DNA of 64,000 nt, taken from the sequence record NC_071039.1; one strand, written 5' to 3'. Of the stretch, positions 8,243 through 16,715 are shown piece by piece. Position 1 is the first letter of the stretch. Each line of letters opens with the position of its first letter. The position numbers were made by a program, and so were the translations under genes. The notes under the pieces were generated by a model, which saw nothing but the letters and a program-made list of their open reading frames with translations, did no database searches and was not told where the DNA came from.

Positions 8243-8520
8243 AAGTTATGCGCTGTTGCATACGTAAATACCTCCTATGTTGTTTAGATATGTCGATTCT
8301 GGTATAACCAGATAGACCTAAGGATGATGCTAGTGATTCCTTAGTATTGTATATTCTAGCTGAGTATAAAGAGTAAGGGGCTTTATACAAATAACAATTC
8401 CTTAGGCAAGATATACCGCTCCGTTGTGCTGACGAGCATAATTTGCCCAGATACAGAGCACGTGACTGTTCTGAGGAGCATTTATATCAGAAAGGCAGAC
8501 TTATGTTTGCCTTTCTTTTT
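8243..8520 (+). ncRNA. Candidate sRNA of about 280 nt (RNA-B)
   Basis: Promoter upstream, no ORF, hairpins 8318-24/8338-44, 8364-71/8381-88, 8418-22/8475-79; ends in terminator agaaaggcagac-ttat-gtttgcctttct-tttt. Confidence 0.6.
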
Positions 8521-8535
8521 GAGCAAATATTCTCT

Positions 8536-8664
8536 TATTCATTTCCTTATTCATTTCCTTATTCATCTCTATTTCATTTGTCACTTCCTTATTCACTTCC
8601 TTATTCATCTCTATTTCATTTGTCACTTCCTTATTCACTTCCTTATTCATCTCTATTTCATTTG
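8536..8664. repeat. Pyrimidine-rich tandem repeat, 12-bp subunits within a 42-bp higher-order unit
   Basis: Unit ccttattcatctctatttcatttgtcacttccttattcactt at 8557, 8599, and partial at 8641. Confidence 0.9.
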
Positions 8665-8669
8665 TTATT

Positions 8670-8787
8670 GCAAATAAGACTAATTCTTATTTGTGTTTGT
8701 AATTTCATTTGTTATTGCAAATAAGAATTAGTCTTATTTGCATTTGCAACGAAAAAGAATATGCAAATAATAACTAATCTTATTTGC
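8670..8787. promoter_or_regulatory. Three tandem 25-bp palindromic operator-like boxes (GCAAATAAGA-N5-TCTTATTTGC)
   Basis: Copies at 8670, 8717 (perfect arms) and 8763; motif recurs at many intergenic loci. Confidence 0.75.
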
Positions 8788-8959
8788 ATTTGCACTGCCT
8801 AGTATATGGATTGGTAGCATACTTGGAAATGGATAGTAGATAAGTAGTTGATTTGTTTATAAATTATAATTCTACACCATACTGATTGACCTTGCTATAT
8901 ATAGCTCGCGCGCGTATGCAAGATGGTAAAAAATAATTTAAAAATATTTTAAAAAATGC

Positions 8960-8988
8960 TTGACTTTCCATTACTACGACCTTAAAGT
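8960..8988 (+). promoter_or_regulatory. Strong sigma70 promoter with UP-like AT tract
   Basis: TTGACT-17-TAAAGT preceded by an A/T-tract. Confidence 0.7.
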
Positions 8989-9054
8989 GCGAACTGTAGA
9001 CGCAGTGTGTAGAACGCTACATAGTAAGCAACGCAGAAAGTAAACAAAAAATGC

Positions 9055-9083
9055 TTGACGCAATGCAAACTAGGCTCTACACT
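9055..9083 (+). promoter_or_regulatory. Second tandem sigma70 promoter
   Basis: TTGACG-17-TACACT. Confidence 0.7.
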
Positions 9084-9166
9084 GTATACAAGCTTAAGGG
9101 GTAAGTGCCCCGAAAGTGTAGTAAGTAAACAACATAATCCTTCCATCAGCTACAGAGGTATACAAC

Positions 9167-9871
9167 ATGTCCGTACATATCACTCGTCAGCGTACCGACA
9201 AACAGCACGTCCTGGCACTGGCAATCAACGGCGTGGTCATCGGCCAGACGATGGCTACTTACACCACCCCGAGCAAGCGCACCTGGTCGGCGACCGCCGA
9301 AGTCGAGCTGGCAGACGGCACCGTCGTTCAGTTCGAGAAGAAAGAAGTGTTCAGCGCGATCCGCATCACCCGCGAAATCGAGCAGGCGCTCGACGGCAAG
9401 GAACTGGCGGCCAAGTACACCCCGGAACCGAAAGTTCCCGGGCAGAAGGGTCCGAAACCGCTCACCGACGAAAGCCGGCTCAGCAACGCGATCGCGATCG
9501 TCAAGGCGGCCATCACCCACACCGGCTTCGACGAAGCTACCCTGGTGTTCGACGGGGTCGACAAGGCCACCTTCGAGCAGAACAGCACTTCCGTCGGCAA
9601 CAAGCTGCGTCGCCTGGGCTTCGTCTTCGAACTCGGCGCCGGCAAGGCGAACAGCGGCAAGGGCTTCCTGATCAACCGCAAAGCGCAGGCCGAGGCAGAA
9701 GCTGCCGAACGCAAGGCCAAGCGCGATGCCGAGAAGAAGGAACGCGAAGAAAAAGCGGCGGCTGCCAAGCGCGAAGCTGACGAACGTAAGGCCAAGCGCG
9801 AAGCCGAACGCGCCGAAAAGGTCGCTGAAAAGAACGCAGCGATCGCCGGTGCGGCACAGGAAAGCAAGTAA
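9167..9871 (+). CDS. GC-rich paralog family member 1 (VFSAIRI domain plus Lys/Glu/Ala coiled tail), 234 aa
   Basis: AGAGG RBS, tandem promoters, terminator; domain shared with 27937 and 33964. Confidence 0.9.
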   Translation: MSVHITRQRTDKQHVLALAINGVVIGQTMATYTTPSKRTWSATAEVELADGTVVQFEKKEVFSAIRITREIEQALDGKELAAKYTPEPKVPGQKGPKPLTDESRLSNAIAIVKAAITHTGFDEATLVFDGVDKATFEQNSTSVGNKLRRLGFVFELGAGKANSGKGFLINRKAQAEAEAAERKAKRDAEKKEREEKAAAAKREADERKAKREAERAEKVAEKNAAIAGAAQESK

Positions 9872-9886
9872 TTGCCCAACTGCGCC

Positions 9887-9918
9887 GAAAGGGGAGCAAT
9901 TTGCTCCCCTTTCTTCAT
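9887..9918 (+). terminator. Intrinsic terminator
   Basis: gaaaggggagcaa-t-ttgctcccctttc followed by T-rich tail. Confidence 0.8.
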
Positions 9919-9941
9919 GACCATATAATCTATATACTACT

Positions 9942-10166
9942 GTGTCTTTAACTATATTTTCTATATCAGCTAGTTTGTATGCAATAACTTGGTATTCTAT
10001 GCCAGCGACACAATGCTGTTATATAGACATAATAACACGCGACGCTGATATTTTTATAACCTATCCATTTTATAATAACATACTTGTATCTAAAATTATT
10101 TCTAATACAATACCTGTAGGAAGTTATGAACACTATATTAGAGATATGTCGTGGAATAAGAAATGA
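9942..10166 (+). CDS. Satellite microprotein-family member, 74 aa
   Basis: GTG start, SLTIFSISAS resembles the xIFxxS motif. Confidence 0.5.
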   Translation: MSLTIFSISASLYAITWYSMPATQCCYIDIITRDADIFITYPFYNNILVSKIISNTIPVGSYEHYIRDMSWNKK

Positions 10167-10300
10167 TCATATAACAGTCAATAATTTTACATATGACTAC
10201 TATCTAGAGGTAAACACACCTGCGTTTTCTTTAATGATAATTATTCCGACAGTTCCTATATTAGACAATACTTGCATTACTTTTATAAAAAAGTATTAAT

Positions 10301-10468
10301 ATGAATATATTCTTTATATCAAACGGTCTATCTAATATAATATATCACAAAGATAATTTGATACAACATAATATACATATGATAGATATTGAGATTAATA
10401 ATTCTGCTGTTATTTGGCTTACATATTCTTTCAATATTGCTAAGGTATCATTTAAATATATTATCTAA
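10301..10468 (+). CDS. Satellite microprotein-family member, 55 aa (not in ORF track)
   Basis: MNIFFISNGLSNII... Confidence 0.6.
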   Translation: MNIFFISNGLSNIIYHKDNLIQHNIHMIDIEINNSAVIWLTYSFNIAKVSFKYII

Positions 10469-10630
10469 TTCATTTTCTTATTGTATGAATTGCAATTGCA
10501 AATTACTCTTATTTGTAATTGCATATAAACAATCAGTTGCTATTAAAAGTATTTGCTGTTAATATATTATATAACAGTGCAATTGATATTTTAAAATACA
10601 GTGTGCAATACATCTTACATGTATTAAAAT

Positions 10631-10858
10631 TTGTGTGTTACTTATTTTGCATTAATGATTAATATACCTCTCTTACAGTACAAAACTAATACTATAAACA
10701 ATTTGTTCGGGCGATCGTTCTCGAAAAGTATACAAGTGAGAGATGACAACCTAATTATACTTGTTAGTTTCTATATAGAAGGTTCTAAATATAGAAAATT
10801 TGTATATAACAAAGAATACCTCGAAGGGATTTCAGCATATGCAAACAACAATCGTTAA
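10631..10858 (+). CDS. Hypothetical protein
   Basis: ORF only; start uncertain. Confidence 0.4.
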   Translation: MCVTYFALMINIPLLQYKTNTINNLFGRSFSKSIQVRDDNLIILVSFYIEGSKYRKFVYNKEYLEGISAYANNNR

Positions 10859-11105
10859 TGCCCTAAAATCTATTAATGTAAAGTATTCGGATATATTTTA
10901 CACAAACGGTAATTTGTGTAATACTGTTACAATACGAAATATTCGCAAAAACGGTAAATTAGATTCGGCAGAACAAATTAATGTCGAATCAGTTGTGAGC
11001 AATTATTTGATTCAAAAAGACTTAAATTTGCCCTTTTCTATTCAATGGGCAAATAATGATTGCTGCGAAGAGTATACCACACTTATTCTCTTCTTCAGAA
11101 AATAG
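10839..11105 (+). CDS. Hypothetical protein, 88 aa
   Basis: ORF; GAAGGG upstream of ATG 10839. Confidence 0.6.
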   Translation: MQTTIVNALKSINVKYSDIFYTNGNLCNTVTIRNIRKNGKLDSAEQINVESVVSNYLIQKDLNLPFSIQWANNDCCEEYTTLILFFRK

Positions 11106-11363
11106 TGTATGATTGTATTAAAAAGATATATTCGTTTGCATAGCATATACAGATTGTCCTACTATGCGCACAACATACATTTTAGCAAAACAAAGAAGAT
11201 AATGCTTTACGTAGGAAACGCAGGTCCCGTACCCGTAACATGACAGTATATAGCGTTAAAATGTGCATTTTTTGCACGATTTTGCGGGGTATGCGTTACA
11301 AGCAATACACACATACTGCTTTTAAAATGCATGCTTACATGCGCTTTGTAGGGGGTTTAAAAC

Positions 11364-11576
11364 ATGCTTAAATTAGTTACCACTGTGCTATACAACGTCT
11401 GTGTAGCTTCGTTGATAATGATTGTGTTTGTATGTGGTATAAATTTAGTAATGTATATAGATAACAATACTGACAATAATCCAGTTGTTATCTTTATTTC
11501 CCTTCTATCGGTTATTTGGGGCGTTGCGCGGATAAGCTATATGTTTGTTACTATCCAATTTCAGTCCAAGAAATAA
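11364..11576 (+). CDS. Small two-TM membrane protein, 70 aa
   Basis: AGGGGG RBS; two hydrophobic segments. Confidence 0.65.
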   Translation: MLKLVTTVLYNVCVASLIMIVFVCGINLVMYIDNNTDNNPVVIFISLLSVIWGVARISYMFVTIQFQSKK

Positions 11577-11591
11577 AAGTATTGGTAACAT

Positions 11592-11933
11592 ATGATAGAT
11601 AAAAACGGAAATACGGAAGACTTTGATTTTGATGATGCATGCACTATAACTGATCTGCCTGTTCCTCTTCAGCAAAAAATACAATCATATAAATTAAATA
11701 AAATATTGGTTATGGTTGCAATCCTTAAATATTCGAATATAAAACAAGAAATTGGTTGTTTCGCTATCATATGGGATCATATAATAAAAATAACGGTTGA
11801 AGTAAAATGCAATCCGTATGCAGAAACACACATACTCATGCATGCGCATGTATTTTCTAATTCCAATTCATGCACTCATAGTGTATTGCTGAATTACAGA
11901 AACAAATATTTACCCACCAATTATTATAATTAA
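11592..11933 (+). CDS. Hypothetical protein, 113 aa
   Basis: ORF in tight operon. Confidence 0.65.
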   Translation: MIDKNGNTEDFDFDDACTITDLPVPLQQKIQSYKLNKILVMVAILKYSNIKQEIGCFAIIWDHIIKITVEVKCNPYAETHILMHAHVFSNSNSCTHSVLLNYRNKYLPTNYYN

Positions 11934-11934
11934 T

Positions 11935-12339
11935 ATGGAAGATATTCTTAAAATTGCTAAACTAATCGGGTACGTAAACATACATGCAAATAAACATTTT
12001 CAGTATGGTTTTAACAAAGATATGGAACATGTATGTGTTAGTGCTAAGAGTAGGACAAGTATAAAGGGAATAAAATACCTTTATGTAGTAATGAATATAT
12101 ATTATATATATTGCCAGCAAGAAAGTGTTGCCGTTATATTAAACGAAGTAAACACTGATGAAATGCCTGTATTAGACAATCTTTATGCTAAGCTCAATGA
12201 TTTAGTTACACATAAATCTATTATAAAATTTAAATATACAGAAATAACACAAGAACAAATAGATTTGTTGAATAATAGTGAAAGATATATAGTATATTTT
12301 GACTCTAATTTAGAATACGGAATAGCTTCGTTTTATTAA
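11935..12339 (+). CDS. Hypothetical protein, 134 aa
   Basis: ORF in tight operon. Confidence 0.7.
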   Translation: MEDILKIAKLIGYVNIHANKHFQYGFNKDMEHVCVSAKSRTSIKGIKYLYVVMNIYYIYCQQESVAVILNEVNTDEMPVLDNLYAKLNDLVTHKSIIKFKYTEITQEQIDLLNNSERYIVYFDSNLEYGIASFY

Positions 12340-12352
12340 TTTTGAGGAATAT

Positions 12353-12550
12353 ATGAAAAAACAAACAGGATTTACAGATTGGCCATTGATTAGTTTGGGT
12401 ACAATTATTATCTTGTGTGTATGGGTATTAATTCTACAATACACAGAAATAAATGTACTAGAAGAAAAATGTAACAAAGTAGGTGGTATTTTTAATAACA
12501 CTGTTTGCATACGGTCAGATGCAGTTATTAATTTAGATAAGGTAAAATAA
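12353..12550 (+). CDS. Small single-TM protein, 65 aa
   Basis: GAGGA RBS; N-terminal hydrophobic helix. Confidence 0.75.
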   Translation: MKKQTGFTDWPLISLGTIIILCVWVLILQYTEINVLEEKCNKVGGIFNNTVCIRSDAVINLDKVK

Positions 12551-12551
12551 A

Positions 12552-12809
12552 ATGCCAAAACTTTACGTTAACAAAAAACATGATACCATTTATCTTCAAT
12601 TAGATCATTTCTCATCTAATACTGTATCTCCAATTAATTATAACGAAGATGTAGAATATGTAATTGATAGGATCCGTAGTCTGCACAAATCCGGCTTCGG
12701 ATTTAGTCATATGAATACTCTACAAGAATATCTTACGGCAAGAACAGAACAGGATAAGAAGTTTAAGCTTAAAGTAGAAGACTTTGAAGTAGTATCATTT
12801 AAGATTTAA
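12552..12809 (+). CDS. Hypothetical protein, 85 aa
   Basis: ORF coupled to upstream gene. Confidence 0.75.
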   Translation: MPKLYVNKKHDTIYLQLDHFSSNTVSPINYNEDVEYVIDRIRSLHKSGFGFSHMNTLQEYLTARTEQDKKFKLKVEDFEVVSFKI

Positions 12810-12830
12810 AATCATACATAATCAAAGTAT

Positions 12831-12859
12831 TTGACATTTGATGTGTATACTAGTATAAT
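12831..12859 (+). promoter_or_regulatory. Perfect-consensus sigma70 promoter
   Basis: TTGACA-17-TATAAT. Confidence 0.85.
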
Positions 12860-12865
12860 TTGCTC

Positions 12866-13398
12866 ATGCTGTCGTAACAGCTACTTTGTTCCATTTACAA
12901 GCAGCTCTGTTCCATTACTGGATATTGGTAGTAGAAACTATCCCCATCGTGCCCACAGTATTGTTCTGTTAGAGACAGATTAAAGCATACAAAAGTGGGT
13001 TATTTAAATTATGATTTTGGGTGCTGAAGTATAGTCGTTAGACAAGGATATGTCTAATGTTGCAAAGGACTATGCGAAACGTATTATATATCTTATCCGA
13101 TATTAGATATGTAATAAAAGGATGAAGCTCTGGTAGAAACAGAGTGTAATTCTTGCTTGTATTTCACACGGATATACAAAAGAATATACACACCAACTTC
13201 AGCATTGATGTAAATTTTCTAGCATAGGTATATAACATCGATGTTCCGGGATTCATTGGAAACAATGAGAGAATGATGTAATCTGAGGAAAAAGGTCCCC
13301 GCCTCGTCCATATTACGAAATGGTTTTGAGTACTTATGCCCTCGTCCTATATTGGCATATGGGTTTTATATTTCTCCCGTAATTACGGGAGAATATAA
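12866..13398 (+). ncRNA. Candidate large structured ncRNA of about 530 nt (RNA-C)
   Basis: Consensus promoter, no ORF of 60 aa or more, long-range helix 13022-30/13196-204 enclosing several hairpins, GAAA tetraloop hairpin 13253-68, terminal hairpin 13372-93. Confidence 0.65.
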
Positions 13399-13720
13399 TT
13401 TCCTGAACCTACTTGGAAATGGACGCTTCTGCTGTGCAAAGCACAGCATCTAAGGGCCTTCACCCTTACCGCTAAGAGCAAGAGCAAAAGCAATATAATT
13501 ACAAATAAGAATTAATTATTGTTTAGTTTTATCGTAATGAATATGAAGATAAAAACTAAACAATAATTCACATGTAGCGTTAGCTACTGTGAATATCTAC
13601 TATAGTATTAACCATATATGTATACAAGGGCATAATATGACTATTACTTGTTGACAATATGATATATGTGTTACACTGTGTAAATGTACATTACAATGTT
13701 TTGATTATTAGGAACATACT

Positions 13721-14305
13721 ATGTCATTATCTTTGACTGCTGCTATTAATCGATATACTAGTCTAATAGAAGAAAATTTCAAAATAAATTATCTGAGGCA
13801 GTTTGAGTCAGGATATATCTCGTATAAATTACTAAGAAATAAAACATTCATACATACTGAAATATCACATGGACGTGATTATATAAAGGTAATTATTTCT
13901 TATACATATATAGAAAATAATGTTGAATTAGATATAAAATCATCTATTGTACATTCGTATATTTCTACTACTGATTGCTCTAAATTTAGAGTAGGAGATA
14001 TAAGAATGTTTTACGATTCAGTTCCTCGTGGAAATGTTTTTAATATTAAAGAGAATACTCAAGTTAGCTGGGCAACAGCTAATATTGGAATTCACGAGAA
14101 TCCGTTTAATCTTAATTATATTTCGAACAATAAGTATATTCGATTAGAAACAGGAGATATATTTGTCTGTATTAATGATAGTATGGTAAATGAACTACAA
14201 GAACATATGCATGTTCATTCTATATGTACTGACAAAACAAAGAAGTTTTATGTAAGAGAAATTGATTTAAATATGCTACATTACAAAAAACACATTATGG
14301 AATAA
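13721..14305 (+). CDS. Hypothetical protein, 194 aa
   Basis: AGGA RBS, long ORF. Confidence 0.8.
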   Translation: MSLSLTAAINRYTSLIEENFKINYLRQFESGYISYKLLRNKTFIHTEISHGRDYIKVIISYTYIENNVELDIKSSIVHSYISTTDCSKFRVGDIRMFYDSVPRGNVFNIKENTQVSWATANIGIHENPFNLNYISNNKYIRLETGDIFVCINDSMVNELQEHMHVHSICTDKTKKFYVREIDLNMLHYKKHIME

Positions 14306-14308
14306 AGA

Positions 14309-14857
14309 ATGAACTACAAAGCATTAGAAGTATTTTATTTCTTTCTAGAACATTACAAGGTAAATCCAGTCGCTGACTTGGAATTTAAATTCGAACCCTC
14401 AGGTAGTGATGATCAATCTAAGCGCAAGTCATCACTGTCGTTTGTTAAACGTATTGGTGTTCTTACTCCTTCATTCAACGAATTATACGAAGTTCAGAAT
14501 CGATTCATGACAGATCTTCGAGAAATGAATGTAGTATATAAGATAGGATTTAATTATAATGCATTCAACGTATTAGCACCTTTGTATGCGAGATATGAAA
14601 AGAATGTAAAAGAATTTCGTCGACTTTTAAAGAAATACTCAAGTTTCAACGAAGTAACAGAATATTACAAAAAAGCCAACAACATGTTACCGGACAATGT
14701 ATACGAAACAATGAAGGAAGATTTTTCATTGTTTAATGACGTTACTACAAAGAGGTTATCTGAAATAAAACTTTGTTATCCTAACTGGCAAATATGGGAT
14801 TCTGAACATCCCAACTGGGAAACAATAAATCAACTTTATAAGAATGCAAAGAAATAA
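14309..14857 (+). CDS. Hypothetical protein, 182 aa
   Basis: Long ORF followed by terminator; C-terminus shared with 18104-18427. Confidence 0.85.
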   Translation: MNYKALEVFYFFLEHYKVNPVADLEFKFEPSGSDDQSKRKSSLSFVKRIGVLTPSFNELYEVQNRFMTDLREMNVVYKIGFNYNAFNVLAPLYARYEKNVKEFRRLLKKYSSFNEVTEYYKKANNMLPDNVYETMKEDFSLFNDVTTKRLSEIKLCYPNWQIWDSEHPNWETINQLYKNAKK

Positions 14858-14858
14858 T
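14816..14858 (+). repeat. Direct repeat copy 1 (43 bp, 40/43 identical to 18386-18428)
   Basis: tgggaaacaataaatcaactttataagaatgcaaagaaataat. Confidence 0.9.
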
Positions 14859-14867
14859 GCATATTTA

Positions 14868-14895
14868 GAAAGGGAATTATAATTCCCTTTCTTTT
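14868..14895 (+). terminator. Intrinsic terminator (AAAGGG...CCCTTT family)
   Basis: gaaagggaatt-at-aattccctttc-tttt. Confidence 0.8.
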
Positions 14896-15015
14896 TGGAT
14901 CTATATTAGCAAATACTAATTAATATTATTTGCACAAATTTAATCCTATTGTGTTTTCTATTTTGAAGTGCTACATTACATGTAGTTGCATAAAACTATA
15001 TACAGGAGAAATGAT

Positions 15016-15573
15016 ATGTGCTATGCATGGGATATCAAAGACGGGGATGATATCGAAGTCGAAGCAGTTATGGATGAACGAAGCTATGAGTGGACCGGCA
15101 AGTTACGTATCATCCAGTATCGGACCCTTCAATCAGCTCAGTGGCGGGTTATTATCAATATAGTAGAATTTTGGAGTCATTCTACTGAAAGTATACTGAA
15201 CGAACTCGGTATAGAAGCTAAACACATCACTAAAGGATATGACACACTTAGTATGGTTCGTTTCCCGGAGGTTGATCACCTATTTGGTGTAACACCCGAT
15301 AATGCAGATTATGTAACTGTTAACCACAGTGCAGTAGATATTTCTAACAGTTGGTTTGTTGCAAAAAACATAAAAGCAGTTATGTATCATTTGGGATCTG
15401 AAATCCAGATCACTCCGTGGTTTGTGCGTAAAGATAGTAGCGAGTCAAATTTCAATTGTATTGATCGATTAGTAGCTCTAGTAAAAGAGAATACTGATGT
15501 TGACACGTATCAGTACATCAAAGTAGGTTGTCCTGAGGACAAGTCATTCTACTTTGCGTGGATAGACAAATAA
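15016..15573 (+). CDS. Hypothetical protein, 185 aa
   Basis: AGGAG RBS before ATG 15016. Confidence 0.8.
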   Translation: MCYAWDIKDGDDIEVEAVMDERSYEWTGKLRIIQYRTLQSAQWRVIINIVEFWSHSTESILNELGIEAKHITKGYDTLSMVRFPEVDHLFGVTPDNADYVTVNHSAVDISNSWFVAKNIKAVMYHLGSEIQITPWFVRKDSSESNFNCIDRLVALVKENTDVDTYQYIKVGCPEDKSFYFAWIDK

Positions 15574-15700
15574 TTCGTTTGCTATACGTACTAATACGTT
15601 GTATACTGTTAGTATGTATAGCAAAAGTAACATATAACGTTTTGATTTAATGGACCCCTAATATGAAAAAAGAATTTGAATTGAGGTGCCCTACGAGTAG

Positions 15701-16195
15701 GTGTTCGAGATGGAGCAAATAGTGAATATGCGAGAAGTGACATTTCTTTCCGCAGTGGATGCCAGCAAGATCGAGACGCCGAGCAACGTCATCAGCATCG
15801 GCAGCAAGGGTGATTGGTATGCCTTTGCCTGCGATCACAAGCGCGTTCTGCGGCTGGAGTTTGATGACGTAGACGGATACGTGGGAAGCGATGGCTTTCG
15901 AGTGTTCAGCCACATTGACGCCAAGCAGATCCACGACTTCGTGAACGAGTGTGGTGATGAACCGATCATTGTTCACTGCCAAGCAGGCATGAGCCGATCC
16001 GCTGCGGTTGCCAAGTTCCTGGCTGACAAGCGCGGCTACACCTTGAACCTGTCGAAGCCTTGCTTAGGCACTACACAATTCTACAACCGCCACGTCTACG
16101 GAACGTTGAACCTCAACAACGCCGAAAGCATGAGCGCCTATTACGCAGAGATGGAGCTAGCCGACCGGACGCGTGGCCATACAAAGGAGTCCTGA
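15701..16195 (+). CDS. Protein-tyrosine/dual-specificity phosphatase-like protein
   Basis: Catalytic loop VHCQAGMSRS (HCxxGxxRS) and upstream FDD acid loop; start uncertain. Confidence 0.85.
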   Translation: MFEMEQIVNMREVTFLSAVDASKIETPSNVISIGSKGDWYAFACDHKRVLRLEFDDVDGYVGSDGFRVFSHIDAKQIHDFVNECGDEPIIVHCQAGMSRSAAVAKFLADKRGYTLNLSKPCLGTTQFYNRHVYGTLNLNNAESMSAYYAEMELADRTRGHTKES

Positions 16196-16197
16196 TC

Positions 16198-16497
16198 ATG
16201 CCTGACATGAGAGAAGAGTTTGAAGCCGCAATCTTTGCGGAAGTGAATGAACAGCGGGCTGCTGAAGGTGAATTTGTCCTTCAGCATCCAGAAGGGCTAT
16301 TTGCCCGCGATGACGATGGCTCCTACTTGATCCGTTGGGTCAAGAGCGCATGGTGGGCCTGGCAAGCCAGCCGCGCAGCTCTGAGAGTGGAGTTGCCGAA
16401 ACCTCACCCTGCATTTGAGTACGCACCTAGAGCCAAGGTTTTCAATATAACTGACGTTGAGGTAGCCCTCCAGCAAGCCGGAATCGAGGTGAAGTGA
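16198..16497 (+). CDS. Pseudomonas-prophage-type hypothetical protein, 99 aa
   Basis: AAGGAG RBS; MREEFEA...AWWAWQASRAAL.VELP pattern typical of temperate-phage early genes. Confidence 0.75.
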   Translation: MPDMREEFEAAIFAEVNEQRAAEGEFVLQHPEGLFARDDDGSYLIRWVKSAWWAWQASRAALRVELPKPHPAFEYAPRAKVFNITDVEVALQQAGIEVK

Positions 16498-16644
16498 ATG
16501 AGAACGCCCATCTTCATCGGCGGATCAATTGGCATAGGAATCGCCTATCTGATGAATCCTGAATATCCCGCTATCGCGCTTGCAATGGTGTTTAGCGCGG
16601 GTACCTCATTGTTCATTCACTATCTATCTGAGGTATGGCCATGA
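16498..16644 (+). CDS. Small two-TM membrane protein, 48 aa (not in ORF track)
   Basis: MRTPIFIGGSIGIGIAYLMNPEYPAIALAMVFSAG...; coupled both sides. Confidence 0.6.
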   Translation: MRTPIFIGGSIGIGIAYLMNPEYPAIALAMVFSAGTSLFIHYLSEVWP

Positions 16645-16715
16645 CCGACCACGCAGAGCTGCGGCGGCTGGCTAAAGAAGTGATCCGAATTGAACGAAAT
16701 GAGGATGCAGCATGA
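16641..16715 (+). pseudogene. Truncated Ead/Ea22-like N-terminus, 24 aa
   Basis: MTDHAELRRLAKEVIRIERNEDAA; ATGA overlaps both sides. Confidence 0.5.

Noticed and set aside
8426-8724. ORFs 8426-8677 and 8443-8724
   Set aside because: They cross a terminator and are products of the 12/42-bp tandem repeat (FLIH/YSFP repeats).
9055-9924. Overlapping and antisense ORFs 9055-9780, 9146-9520, 9328-9924, 9672-9899, 9726-9920
   Set aside because: Shadow frames of the GC-rich, codon-biased 9167-9871 gene; no RBS or promoter support.
13021-13075. Group I intron core (gaagtatagtc resembles the S element)
   Set aside because: The GACUA partner lies downstream and pairs locally, the reverse of the P7 order, and there are no flanking exons.
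13283-13320. Hammerhead ribozyme (CUGAGGA ... CGAAA)
   Set aside because: No stem II pairing between the two core motifs.
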